From contig NIVC01000356.1 in assembly GCA_002269645.1 (NCBI GenBank), positions 62,001 through 126,000 on the forward strand: 64,000 nucleotides of DNA. Reading direction: 5' to 3'. The notes under the pieces were generated by a model. The model had not been told where the DNA came from. It ran no database searches and saw nothing but the letters and a program-made list of their open reading frames with translations. Source of the DNA: Macrostomum lignano (lineage: Eukaryota). This document shows positions 43,105 to 56,599 of this stretch, piece after piece; positions within the stretch are counted from its first letter, which is position 1, and each line of letters opens with the position of its first letter. The position numbers and the translations under genes were made by a program.

Positions 43105-45867
43105 GGGTGTGTATAAAAGCTGGCACTGGCACATTGGACACATTGGACACCCCTTTTTATAACAAAATTAGATATGAAAATGCAGAATAAACTTGCGGAG
43201 ATACTTTTAAATAATTTAAAAAATTGATAATAATAGAAATGACATCCTTGCTTTCGTGATAGATGATTTGTTAAATATTCTTTGTATTATCGTTTTTTGT
43301 ACATGTTTAATTTGGCATTCGATTTTTTAAAATAATCGCACATGCAAAAACTGCAGCTTGCAATGCTATTACACTGTGATTTTACTACCCCGAAGGTTCT
43401 GTACTACAGGCGTACCGATTTAATGCTAAATATGCCTGATATATGAAATGATCAAACTAATAGTCAGAACTCAATTTTCCATAAAATGATGAAGCATTCT
43501 GCTCTTATCAAAAAACCACAACTTATTTTGTTAGGATTACTTCATGAAGAACGAACTTTGGATATTCCAAATTGCAAGTATTTCTATATTAAAAAAGTTA
43601 ATACATTGGCAGATTATTTGATGAAAAAATTGCACCCAAAAAGTTTTTTTTACTGTGTAAGATGATGATTAAATTAATAATTTCCAAGCTTCTTCTTTTA
43701 TTAGTTCAATTACTTTTTGTATGATTTCAACCAACAAAAAAAGGAATAGCTACTCAGTGAAAGTTCAAATTACAGTCTCTTCTTTATATACAATCCTTTT
43801 AAGAAAACATTATTATGAATAATTTGCCAAGTCATGATATTTAAGAAATTGTGCTAATCATTTAAATTATGAGTTAAAAAATGCAAGCATATAAGTAAAA
43901 AATCTACCTCACAGACCAAGAAGTCTTTTTACTGAAAGTTTATATGTGACGCTTTGAAAAAACAACATATAAACCATCTTCACATAACATTTATTGTCAT
44001 TTATTTCAGACCTAAATCCTTTAGCACATAAATATTCTGCACGTATGTTGCAGGGTATACTTCCTTCTTCTAAAATCCTAGAAATGCCACAAAGTTTTAA
44101 TAGGCAAATTTATTCGTATTGTTTATATTAATATTTCTATATTTATGAGAAGTTTTCCAATAAGAACAAGTTCCCAATCAGTAAAACACTATATTTTAAT
44201 TCTAATGTCCAAAATTATGGCATTCTAAGGGACCAAGTGATAGGTTTTAAGCTACTATTAGCACCTGCATGATTTATTTATTTAATACCTACACATTCCT
44301 TAATGTCTATAGTTCGCCTAATTGCCTAATTGCTAACCCTAATTCTAGCCTTCTTGGCTTACAAGTTTGAGTCTTCACAGCATATTATTCAATTCAAGTG
44401 GGCTACTAATTTTATTAGCCTCTCTTAATTTTATAAAATAATAATTTTCTTTAGTGTAACTGCTCCAAAAATTTCAACTTTAATTTAAGTGGTGTGCCGA
44501 AACACCACTTGCACCATTACAGCTGTCTATAATTTTTTTGTGCTAATTGGTTGACCACTTTCAATAATTTTCTTGGGTCAAGAGTGTGATATATGCATAT
44601 TGCAGCATGAATTTTTTAAAGAATCCCTAATTTTATACAAGGAATCATATATATTTATAGAAAGTTAGCTCTTAGAGTAGAGATAAAGTACATAAGACTA
44701 TTAATAGCAACTTTTCATACAATTGCTTATGGTAATGATTTCTATTGTTATAAAGTTACAAATAAATAAAAAGTTACATTGCATTTAAACTGTACTTTAT
44801 GAGTTGTAAGCCTTTCAACTCAGAGTGCACTTCAATTGCTTTAATATACATTGCTAGATGTTATTTAGCATTTCTTTGTTATTTATCATTTAACTCATTG
44901 CATTGTTTAATTGCTAATTTCATTTGCTCAGCTGCAATATTTATTACTTTTTTATTAATGCCAATGTTTGTAATACTTTTTCTCCCCATTTTTAGTGTTT
45001 GTGGTATTCTTTAGTCAAATTTTAATTTTCCGCTGTATCTATCTTTACAAAAAATTGTACCTGTAAACTTATGGTTTTTTGCTTACAATGGTACTGTACT
45101 AAATTATATTTATTTCCTTGTTAGATTCTCTAAATTGAAAAAGTAATGCACTGCTTTATTATCATGCATATTGAATATTAAGGATAGTTAGTATTCCTTC
45201 CTTGAAAAAGATTCTAGAGTTGGATTCTATTTGATAAGAGAATAAATAATTTATTGAGTTTAAATGTTTTTAAAACATTAATTAATTGCATTTTGATGGA
45301 AATCACAACTTAAAAAATTATTCGTTTTTTTATTTAAGACACGGGGGATTTTAAAAATCCATATTAACAGCAAATCAAACATTAACATTATGGGAGAGAG
45401 AGAGAGAGAAGGATTAGATTCACTTTCACCATTGCTGTTGATTTATGGAAAGGCAGTAAACAAGCCAGAGCAGCTGCAAATAGTCAAATATGCCATGTCC
45501 GGCAATAAAATTCTGCAACTAGTCTGCTGCTCACTTTTTCCAACGTTTATTGAGGACAAGAAATGGCATTTAATGTTTCTATGTTTTCTGTAAGTGCACC
45601 AACTAGGTAAATGAAAATGACGTACCGAAAGTAGTTCGACAATAAAGCAAGATAAGAAATGAATTTAAATGTAGAATAAAACTTGTTGATACTACCAATC
45701 TCATGGTTGTTAGAAGTATATGAAAAAGTGCAATTATAAATAAATATTTACATTTTTATTCGAAAGCCAAAGTATATTTATTCAAGCAAAACAACGATCA
45801 AAACTCGATTTTTGTTAACATAAGGGGTGTCCAATGTGCCAATGGTGCCCTGCTTTTATACAGACCC
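43105..45867. mobile_element. Non-autonomous TIR DNA transposon, MULE-like
   Basis: Imperfect TIRs GGGT(G/C)TGTATAAAAGC..GGCAC..TGGCACATTGGACACCCC at both ends. A 10-bp TSD TTTTTGCATG lies at 43095-43104 and 45868-45877. The interior is AT-rich with no transposase ORF. Confidence 0.8.
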
Positions 45868-46094
45868 TTTTTGCATGTATTCTGAAATCTGAGCCCATAC
45901 TTAAACAAAAACTTTTTAATAGCTAGGAATTTAGGATAGAGTTAAACATAAAATAGAGTACATTTGTGTACAATTAGTATTTGAAGCAAACATTAATATT
46001 GTTGGTTGGGGTGCTGCACAGAATGTCAGGCAAACTCATGGCCTCTGCCTCTCCTTGTGTCCCTTGGAAGTTGGATCCTTAGAAACTTCTATAT

Positions 46095-47470
46095 CTACCT
46101 TCTCTTCTGTTTTCTCTCTTCTCTCTGGTCTGTGGTCTCTTCTCTCTCTCCTCTATCCCCTCTTCTCTCGTCTATTCCCTCTTATTATTTTTTCTCTTCT
46201 CCTCTCCTCTCTTGTCTCTGCTCTTTTATCTCTCCCTTTTTCCTGTTTTATCTCTTCCCATTTCTCTCTGCTCTCTATTCTATCTTCCCTCTGCTCTCTA
46301 CTCTCTCTTCTCTCTCCTCTCTACTCTATTTTCTCTCTGCTCTCTACTCTCTCTTCTCTCTGCTCTCTACTCTATCTTCTCTCTGCTCTCTACTCTATCT
46401 TCCCTCTGCTGTCTACTCTCTTCTCTCAGCTCTCTATTCTCTCTTCCCTCTCCCCTCTTCTCACTCCTTACTCTACCCTCTCCGAACACTTCTCCTCTCT
46501 CCTTTCTCCTCTCCTCCCTCCTCTGTACTCTGTACTCTCTCGTCTCTCTCCTCTCCTCTCTTCTCTCTCCTCTCTTTTATCGTCTCTTCCTTCACCTCTC
46601 CTCTCTCGTCTTTGCTCTCTTATCTATCTTCTCTCCTTTCTCTTCTTTTATCTTTTCTCGTTTATCTCTTCTCATTTCTCTCTGCATGCTCTCTACCTCT
46701 ATCTCTCCCTCTCTCTCTTCTCTCCCCTCTCTCATCCTTTCCCCTCTTTCCCCTGTCCTCTCGATTCTCTCCCTTCCCCTCCTCTTTCCTCACTCACTTC
46801 TCTCTCTCTCCCTTTGTCTCACCTTTCATCTTTCATCTCTTATTTCTTATCTATCCTCTTTTCTCTCTACTCTCCCATCTCTCGTCTTTGCTCTCTCAGT
46901 CTTATCTTCCCTCTCTCATCTGTCATCCTTACTCTCGTATACTTGTATGTTCTCACCTCTCTCCTCTGTACTCTTCTTGTTCCCCTCATCTGACTCCTCT
47001 CTCCTCTCTCCTCTCAGATATCGTGTTCACTCTCATCCCCTCTCTTTTCTGTCATCTGTACTCTCCAATCTTCAATGTACTCTTCTCTTTACCCTTTTCT
47101 GATTCCTCTCTTTCCTTACTCCTCTTCTCTTCTCTCTTCTTATACTCTCTCCCCTCTATTCTCTTCTCTCGCCTTTCTGCACTCTGCTCTCTCCTCCTTC
47201 ATCTCTCATCTCTACTCTCTTCTCAATTTTCTCTACTCTCCTCTGTCATCGATCCTGTCTCATCTCTCCCATCTTCTCTCTCCCTCTTCTCACTTCTACT
47301 CTTTCCTCTCTCTTCTCTCTCCCCTCCTCTCGCTTCTTACTCCAATATTATCTGCTCACTCCTTATCCTTACCCCATTATCTCTCTTCTTGTCTTCTATC
47401 TTTTCTCTTATCCTCCTCTCACTTCTCTTCTCTTCTTATAGTCTATTACTTCTCCTTTTAACTCTTATCT
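46095..47470 (+). repeat. 1.4-kb degenerate (CT)n low-complexity tract
   Basis: Source of the Leu/Ser-rich spurious ORFs. Confidence 0.92.
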
Positions 47471-48654
47471 CATCAGCCATGTGCTGCATTCTTTATCTGG
47501 CATTTGAGGTTAAAGTCTGCCAATCCCTGCTTCGAAAGCATTTGTGGGATATAGTACTCTAATGGTTGTTATACGTTAATCACATCATATTTCTGGCCAA
47601 TTAGCAGCCCTAAGAGGAATTTGTGTATCTCCCTCTAGCCCAGCTCCACCACCACAGTTTACAGCAGTCTAGCAACCAAGGAAATACTTATTTCTTTGGA
47701 GCCATTTAAATTTTAAAGTACCTTATGTGAATCTTAATGTTAAAATTTTCATGGTGTAACTAATTAAGTAGGATTGCATTGTAATCACTACTAATCAGTT
47801 ATTCATTAATTTTTCGCTATTTTTATAAACCATCCCATATTGCCTTGATTTGCCATACACTGTTAAACGGCTGCAGACTTGTCTATACAGAGGACACTGG
47901 TTTCAATCTCTCACTAAACTATCATGGCTAAACGATAGCCTTTCCACATGCAGGGTGCTGAGAAAGCTATTAAAAAGTTATTCCAAAACACTGTACATTC
48001 GCTATGTACATTGAGCCCTATTGCCTGACCCTTTGTCTGGGCTGGGGGAATGAGTGAGTGAGCAGCACAAACAACAGAAAAAGCAGACAAACTTCACATG
48101 CTTACAGTTTCTGTCCTGATTGAGATACAGAGTTGAGACTGTACATGTAGGCAGAGAATGAGTCAATAAAGAATTGTGTCAAATTTGAAGTCAATCACTT
48201 CACGTGGAGCAAAACTATGGCAGCCGAAAGTTAGGCATTTTAAAACCTATTCATACCCTTTGCCCAGATCGGGAAAGAGAGGCAGGTAGCAAAGGTTGGG
48301 GTGGCTGCCTTGCTGAAAAAAAAGCCTAACTTTAAAAGTGCACAGCGCCTTTCAGGATTAAATTTAAAACTCAAAATTTTACACGATTATGTCAAAATAG
48401 TCGAAGATTAATTGTGTCAAATTTAAAGAGAATCGATAGAAGTGGAACGGCACTATGGAAGATTTAGTAAAAAAATCACACATTTTGAGCAGTTTTTTTG
48501 CACTTTTAGGTGGGAAGACTCAAATTTAGGAAATTTTAAGGTAGCCTATGACACTTTCTGTAGTGAATTTAGGGTGGGTGCAAAATTTGGTGTAATTTGG
48601 TTGAGCGGTTTGGGAGTCTATAGCAAAGTAATTTGTACACAGAAACACACACAG

Positions 48655-51600
48655 TGTCGCGTTCTTTGGTGCATGCATGCTAATGGAGTGGTTAACTCTA
48701 TTATCGATTTTTATTATTAGCCTATAACCACCCCTCTCCGTCAGTCTTTTCCTATGTACGCACTTGTGAGGGCGGCTACGTACTTGTAGACTGCCCAGCT
48801 AGACAGCAAATATATATCAGTCAGGAGGCCACTGGCCCGAGCACCTTGCTCATTCTTAATTGTTATTTTTACATCATGGCGCCCGAATGAAAAAATATTC
48901 TATTTTACCTTAGCGGCTTTCTAACAAGCGACTTCAGTTAAGGCTACGACTGCAAGAATCGCTTTACTCTAACGCTGCAAGCCACGGCTGGTTCGCATTC
49001 TGGAGCAGTAGCATCTGCCTGTCCTGACGATGAGCAGCGGCCGCGGCTGGATATTACTAGATCAGCGTGCTTCCTTCACTCACTATTGAGAATTTCGCTA
49101 AGTTCAGTTAAAGTTAATTTCTGTTTGTTCTGTTATTACGGTTGCTTATTTTTCGGTTTCTCTGATTCCGTGTTGATTGCCTCTGTTTTTTCATGCTTCC
49201 TGCCTTTAATTAGTTGTAATAGTTCGTGTTTCTTCTTTGTTTCTGGTTTGAGCTGGTCGACTCGCTCTGCTCATTGGCGCCGGGGTTTTCTTGCATTCTT
49301 TGCTCCTTCCGGTCGTCCGTCATGGTTCTCAGTGGAGATGAGCTGGCTGCAGCTGTTCGGAAACGGGCAGGAATCCGTTCGGCGATTACAAAAGCTATGG
49401 CTAAGGCTGAGGAAACTCTGCTATGTGGTCCAGGAAGAGTGTTCAACCGGATAGAAGCTGCTACGTACATCGACATCCTTAGTCCTAAGCTGGAAGCTTT
49501 GCATCAATTGGATGAGGCTATTGAGGAGTCTGTTGAGGAAGACCAGCTGGACAGGGAACAGGAAGAGAATCAGGCTTACTCATTAAGGTGCATTAGTTGC
49601 ATCAAGAAGTTGACTGAAGCCGTTCAACGGCATGAAAACTTTGCCGCTGCGGCGAATTCGGCTACAGGTACACCTGGCCTTGTCTCTACGCAGGTAAAGC
49701 TTCCAAAGAGACAGCTCCCGATTTTCACGGGGGAGATTGCAACGTGGCAGTCTTTCTGGGATCAGTTTGAGTCATCGGTCCATAAGAGCTCCACGCTTGC
49801 AGATATCGACAAGTTCAATTATCTCCTAAGTGCTCTATCAGACTCTGTCAAATCATGCATTAGGGGACTTTCTGTAACGTCTTTAAATTATGGTATAGCT
49901 GTTGAAATTCTAACAGAGCGTTATGGCAAGTCTGAAGTTATTGTCAGAGATTTAATGCACCGGATCTCTGAGCTGCGCTTGCAGGACACCTCATTGAGGT
50001 GCCTGCAGCAGTTTCACGATGATATCTCGGCTAACATGCGGAGTCTAGAATCCCAGGGGGTCTATGCTAGCTCCTATCAATCTCTTCTAGTTCCAACATT
50101 ACTGGGGAGATGCCCGGCGAGTTTTCGCCTCGATCTGCTTCGAGCGGCTCAGCTTCAGGGTGGAAGCATTTCCACGCTCGGTAGGTTTTTGCAGCAGCTG
50201 AAAAGCGAAATAGAAGTGCGTGAGAGTGCTGGAAATCATTGGGGTGCAAAATCAAGTTCTCAACACGGTTCGAACACTGACTCAAAGTCGACGCCAAAGA
50301 CTCCAATGTCGATGGCATCCACCTTGGTGGTGGTGCCACCGAAGGCTGCCGAGTCCGATTCGAAACACTCTTGCCCCTATTGCAAAGAGTCGCACTCGCC
50401 AGAGAGCTGCAATCGGGTTTCGACAGTCAAGGAAAGACGTGAATGCTTAGCCAGCGAGCAGCGTTGTTTTCGATGCTTGCGGCAAGGGCATAGGGTCCCG
50501 AAGTGTCGCGATCCCATAAGGTGCCAAATCTGCTCAGGTAGGCATCACGTCAGTCTCTGCTTTCAGAGTAACTCGCACAGCCAGCCAACAGGCAAAGCTA
50601 ACAAGGCCAAGGCAGAGCCTACACAGCCACGCCAGAAACAAGTCACGATTCCACGCAATCAATGTCTTACCGCAGCGGCTCCTGATGTTCCGCAGCTTCA
50701 GGACGGCACGGAATCGAGGATCGCGGAGGCAAACTCACCGCAAGAGTTGGCCAGAATGGACAGCGACGGTTCGGTTGTCATGTCCATGTTTATATCGGGA
50801 AATCCATCAGTGGCGCTGCCAGTGGCCAAGGCTATCCTTATCAGTTCAGATGGCCGCAAAGAAATGATGGTGCGCCTTCTCCTCGACACTGCCAGTAACC
50901 GAAGCTACATCCGGCAGGATGTGTGTGAGGCTATGGGTCTCGGAGCTGCTTCCACAGAGACGTTATGCGTGTCCACTTTCGCGGGATTGAACACAACAAT
51001 ACAGTCTGGGAGTGTTGGGTTCTCAATTCGGAAAGTTGATTCATTTGAGGTCATTGATCTGAAAGCCAATGTGGTGAAAACCATTTGCCAACCTCAGCGT
51101 TCAGTCAGGATGAATGAGTTTGAGCACCTGCGCTCTCTTGATCTTGCAGATCCGTTTGATCCGCGCGATGGGAGCACTCCGATTTCAATCTTGATTGGCT
51201 CGGACTTTTACTATCAGATAGTTGGTGATGAGATTATTCGTGGACTTCACGGCCCGGTCGCCATCTCTTCGAAGCTAGGATATCTTCTGTGTGGGCCGCT
51301 GACAGTAAATACTCGGAGTCGCGTCGATGGCTTGGATGAGGGTCAGTCGGTCAGCGAAGGAGCCTGCACCAGCACGCCGGCGGTGTGCTGCTTTGCCAGT
51401 GGCGGCTCGGATTTGGTGGTTGCTGACAGCCAGGATTTCACGGCACTGTGGAGGCTGGATTCGATAGGAATTCTTGACGATCCGCGACCTGCTGCGGCGG
51501 AAGATTTTCCGTGCAATGCACAGCTTCGCGAGGGTCGCTATTCGGTGCAGTTGCCGTGGGCCTATGCCAAAGAGGCGATTGAATTACGGGATCACTTTGA

Positions 51601-54600
51601 TCTGGCAGCACATCGGTTAAGGTCCAGTATGCGCCACTTAGAGCGCAATCCAGCTAAGTTGGCTCAGTGTGATGGAATCCTCGCCGAGCAGGAAAATCTG
51701 GGTATTATAGAGAAGGTCCTAACCACTGAAAGCGCCCAGCCAGCTGCAATCATTCATTACCTACCGCACAGTTGCGTCTCAAAGTCAGATAGCGAGCATA
51801 CAAAGCTTCGCATGGTTTTCGATGGATCCGCAAAGGCAAACAGTACCGACTTCTCGATTAATGATTTTCTCCTGACGGGACCAGCAAAATTTCCGCTGAT
51901 TCCCCAGCTGCTTGTCCGGTTCCGCCTCAAGCCAATTGCTGTGCTGGCGGACATTGAGAAGGCATTTCTGCAAATCGGCATCGATCCAATCGACCGCGAC
52001 GCACTTCGATTTCTTTGGACTCAAGGTCGCATTGGGGAACCGCGGCAAGTCGTGCAATACAGATTCTGTAGAGTTCCGTTCGGTCTTTCATGCTCGCCTG
52101 GCATTCTGCAGGCCACGATTTCGCAGCATCTTGAGCTGCTTCAAAAACGTTTTCCGGAAGTTGTGGGAACTCTCAAGCACAGCTTGTACGTTGACAATTT
52201 AGTCACTTGCTGCGACCGCCTAGTGAGGCGGTAGAGTTTTACACTCAGACGAAACAGATTTTCGCCATGGCTGGCATGAACATGCGGCAGTGGCAGTCCA
52301 ACTCGAAAGAGTTTATGGAGGTTCTACCTGCTGCGGACGTAGGGAGCGCCCAGAAGGTTCTTGGCATTCCATGGGAGGCTGGAGGGGACATTTTTCGCCT
52401 AGAATTTTCGAAAATGCTAAACTCCGTCGGCGACGAAATTCCGTCGAAGAGACTCATGCTTGCGGTTTTAGCCAGGGTTTTTGATCCCCTTGGGTTCATG
52501 ACTCCCGCCATTGTAATGGTTAAGGCTTGGTTTCAGCAGCTCTGCAAGGAGAAAGTTCAGTGGGACGACCGCCTTCCCCTGGGTATCGCTACACAGTGGG
52601 TGGGGTGGCTGAGCTCGCTGAGAGTCACTTGTCTGGAAATTCCACGGTGTGTCATTCCTCGGGAAGCGGACACGCACCTTTGTAAACTGCAGCTTCACGG
52701 GTTTTCCGATGCCAGTGAACGGGCATATGCAGCGGTTGTTTATCTGCGGGTTGTGGATACAAAGCACCACAGTGTTTCAACTCACCTGCTGATCGCAAAA
52801 TCTAGGGTAGCTCCGCTGGTACCCGTTAGTATCTCCAGACTCGAACTTCTTGGAGCCTTGATATTATCTCGGTTGATAAGCTTCGTATCTATACAGCTTC
52901 CCGGGGTTCAGCGGTTCCTGTGGACCGACAGTTCGAATACTTTGCAGTGGATAAAGTGCGAGTCAAAGCTGCGCCAAGTATTCGTTCAGAACCGGGTTAC
53001 AGAAATACGGCGATTAACCGACGTCAGCGAGTGGCGGCACATTCCCGGAGCTGTCAATCCCGCGGATCTTCCATCGCGGGGGTGCTTGCCGAACAGGCTG
53101 ATGGAGAACGCGTTGTGGCTGAACGGGCCAGAGTTTCTTCGTCAAGTGGGAAGCAGTTTCAGTGACACCTTCGATTTTCCAGGCAAGCCATCGTCCACGG
53201 CAGAGTCACAAAACGACTGTGAAATGCTGCAAGCCGATTATGAATCTCGGGTGGAGACTCAGAAGTCACGTGGGGAGGCTCTAGCTATGCCCTCAGTTGG
53301 CTCACAGGTGCGCGAGCGCGCAAGAGCAGGCACGCTGCTCAAGGTTTTTGATATCCAGCGTTTCTCTTCGTGGATCAGGATGACGCGCGTGCTCGGTTGG
53401 GTTCATCGCTTTGTTCGCAATGCGCGCAGATCTGCGGCGGAACGAAGGTTAAATGATCCGTCTGATTTGTCAGCCATCGAAGTTCAGGAAGCGGAGAATT
53501 CCTTGTTGCGAGCAGTGCAAGCTTCCGCGTTAGATCCTGAAATTCAGCATCTTCAGGGTGCTGGGCATCGCACGGCCTTGATCCGTGACTTGAACTTGGT
53601 TCTCGGTGAGGACGGTCTTGTTCGATCGGGTGGTCGTCTTCAGGATGCGGTGCCATTCGAAACGAACAACCCAGTCTTAATCCCACCGAAACATCCGATT
53701 GAGCAGCTGCTTATCCGCCACTGCCACAGCGCAGTTTTCCATGGTGGTGTTCCTGCGACGTTGTGCAAAATCAGAGAGCGGTTCTGGATTTTAAAGGCCA
53801 GACAGCGCGTCAGGCAGGTTTTAGCAGGTTGTGTGACATGTAAGATGCTTCAAGGATGTCCATTTTCGGTGCGGTCAGTTCCGCAACTTCCCCGGTTTCG
53901 GTTGTCCAGCATTCGGGCGTTTCAGACAGTTGGCCTTGATTATGCTGGTCCGATCATATATCGGACGGGGGAGGGTGCGGGAGAGAACAAGAAGTCCTAT
54001 GTTCTTCTTTTCACATGCTCTGCAACTAGGGCAGTTCATTTAGAGGTCGTGAGAAGCATGGATTGTGATCAAATGCTACACGCCCTTAGGCGTTTTGTTG
54101 CTCGAAGAGGGATACCATCTGTAGTCAGTGACAACGCACGCACCTTTCGAGCCGGAGCTAAATTAATTGGTGCGCAAATTTCCGAAGACTTGCAGGCGTT
54201 TTGTTCATCCAGGAAGATCAGCTGGCATTTCATTCCTGAGCGAGCCCCGTGGTGGGGAGGTTTCTGGGAGAGGCTCATTGGATTAGTGAAGATGTCACTT
54301 AAGAAAGCAGCAAAACGTCAACTCCTAGACTTTGATCAGTTAGTGACTCTGGTGCTTGAGACCGAAGCAGTGGTGAACTGTCGGCCGCTGCTGTATGTGT
54401 CATCTGATGACAGCACCGAGGTTATCACACCGTCGCACTTTATTGCAGCCGGACGACTCACTCAAGAATCTGGCGGGGTTGAGAATGATGGTGAGTCGTT
54501 GCTGCCACTTCCAAGAAGATTAAAGATGCTCAGAGCTGCACTAGATTGGTTTTGGCACCAGTGGAAAACAGCCTATCTTCAGGCGCTTCGTGAAAAAGCT

Positions 54601-55483
54601 TTGAAGGACCATCCTGAAGGTCGTGTGCCACGTGTCGGTGAAATGGTTCTGCTCGTTGGAGAAGTCCACCAGCCGAGGCTGAGGTGGAGGCTTGGTTTGG
54701 TTGAAGAGATTCGCGTTGGCCGTGACGGTGCAGTCCGTTCGGCGGTCGTCCGAGTGTCCGGTGCTGGGAATTCCCGGCGCTGGGAGCGGGTGAGGAGACC
54801 AGTTCAAGCTTTGGTGCCGCTAGAGATTCAGTCTTAAGTCATTTTTTTGTTCGCTGTTCAGCTCGTTTTTTGCGTTTGGCTTCGCTACTGAATTTTCAAC
54901 TTTCGTCGTTATATCGATAGTCTGTTTGGTTGATTTGGTTGATTATGTTAAATTGCGTTGTTTTTTTTCTGCGTTTGCGTTTAGCGTTTTTTGAGTTTTT
55001 GCAATTCTCGTCATTTTTTCCGGTAATTGGTTTTCATTTTCCATCCCGTTTCGAATTGACATATTATAGTAAAGTCCAAATTAGTTTATCCGCTTTTTCC
55101 TTGAGAATCGTTCGTTTCGGTTATTGTTAAATTTAATTAATTCACTCAAATATCTCATTTCAATTGATTTCACCATAGTTACACCAAATATACGAGTATT
55201 TTCAAAATTGGTGTTAATATTCGAAGATTAATTTCTGAGAAAAATGCTTCCCATTTTTGGGGGAGTGTCGCGTTCTTTGGTGCATGCATGCTAATGGAGT
55301 GGTAACTCTATTATCGATTTTTATTATTAGCCTATAACCACCCCTCTCCGTCAGTCTTTTCCTATGTACGCACTTGTGAGGGCGGCTACGTACTTGTAGA
55401 CTGCCCAGCTAGACAGCAAATATATATCAGTCAGGAGGCCACTGGCCCGAGCACCTTGCTCATTCTTAATTGTTATTTTTACA
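48655..55483 (+). mobile_element. BEL/Pao LTR retrotransposon, full length
   Basis: LTRs 48655-48873 (219 bp) and 55266-55483 (218 bp), TG..CA, with one visible indel. PBS TGGCGCCCGAA (tRNA-Lys-like) at about 48877; PPT GGGGGAG before the 3' LTR; flanking direct repeat ACACACAG. Confidence 0.95.
49322..54837 (+). CDS. BEL/Pao gag-pol polyprotein split by one frameshift near 52215
   Basis: DUF1759-like gag, three Cys-His knuckles (CPYCKESH..C, CFRCLRQGH..C, CQICSGRHH..C), protease LLDTASNRSY, RT (ADIEKAFLQI, RVPFG, YVDN), Pao RNase H (FSDASERAY, AKSRVAP), integrase (H..H..C..C, DYAGP, SDNA, WERLIG) and a DUF5641-like C-terminus. Confidence 0.9.
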
Positions 55484-55585
55484 ACACACAGAGTTTTGAT
55501 TTTTATAGGTAGAGATAATAATTTACATATTAAATGATGATACAACATTAGACAATGTGAAGTATCCAGTCAATCCAGTTAGCAA

Positions 55586-55685
55586 TAGAGGTCGGACGGG
55601 ATTGAAATCTTCGGGCGGGATCGGGATCGGGAATAATTTTTTTCTCGAGATTGGGATCGGGATCGGGAATCGGGATCAGGTCTTT
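55586..55685. mobile_element. Possible solitary hAT-like end (TAGAGGTCGG.. followed by CGGGAT repeats)
   Basis: Subterminal CGGGAT repeats as in the 59428-60333 element; no partner end found. Confidence 0.35.
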
Positions 55686-56599
55686 TAGTGTATTGTCCAT
55701 GTAAAGTTAAACAAAATTGAGAAAAGATTGTCAAGATCAAGAAGTAAAACACAACGAAATTGATATGAAGTTTTGTAACCAACAAAGTAAATAATGTAAC
55801 AAGTACAAGTTAAAGCAAAATACCTTCAAGTAATCACTAATTCTATAAATTATTAATTGAAAGACCTGTTCCCGAATCTCGAGTTTTTTAGCACCCGAGT
55901 GGCATCGATAAAAACCCGGACTAAAGGTACAAAAACGAGTGCATAAGATCGGGTAAATGCCATGTCATATGCCACGGTGACATGTCTTCTACCCAATTAA
56001 AAGCGGGCTTGTGTATAAATCCAATGAACTAATTTCGGCGCATAATTAAAATCGTTATTTTGCTGCTTTTAATATAGATCGATGGATTAGTTCAAACAGT
56101 GGAAAGAAGTTTCATTGATACTGCAATATTACTAGTTGCATTGCAAAGTGTAGAGTATTTAAATCAGAATGAGAACTGTTATCAGGGAACTGTCTATTTA
56201 TAATACCTTTAAACATTTAATAAAAGAAGGCCTAACCATCTATACAGGCCTATTATGTAGGGTATACTGTATATAGATCTTTTTAATTTATAAAGACCTA
56301 TCTTTGTTCATTTATTTTTAATCAATGCTAAGCCTCCACTATAATTATATGTTATTAAAATATATCATTATAAAATAGTTGGGCCCTATACTAGCTAGGG
56401 TTATACTTAGAGCTTGCAAATTTATATCAAATTTATATCCAACATTTTTCTAATCCTGATCTTTTTAGAAATTTAGCTTTTCTTTAGCTTAGTAAGTTAG
56501 TATTTTTAGAATAGATATAATTTTTTAGCCTTTATATATTTTTTTCAATTTAGTTTCTTTTCTAGCTAAATTCCTTATTTGAATTTTTAGTTTAAATTA

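Noticed and set aside
46006-47562. 518-aa Leu/Ser-rich membrane-like ORF and overlapping ORFs
   Set aside because: It is a translation of a (CT)n low-complexity tract.
52200-52240. Programmed ribosomal frameshift in the BEL element
   Set aside because: The break lies inside the RT domain rather than at a gag/pol boundary, and there is no slippery heptamer. A mutation or assembly indel is more likely.
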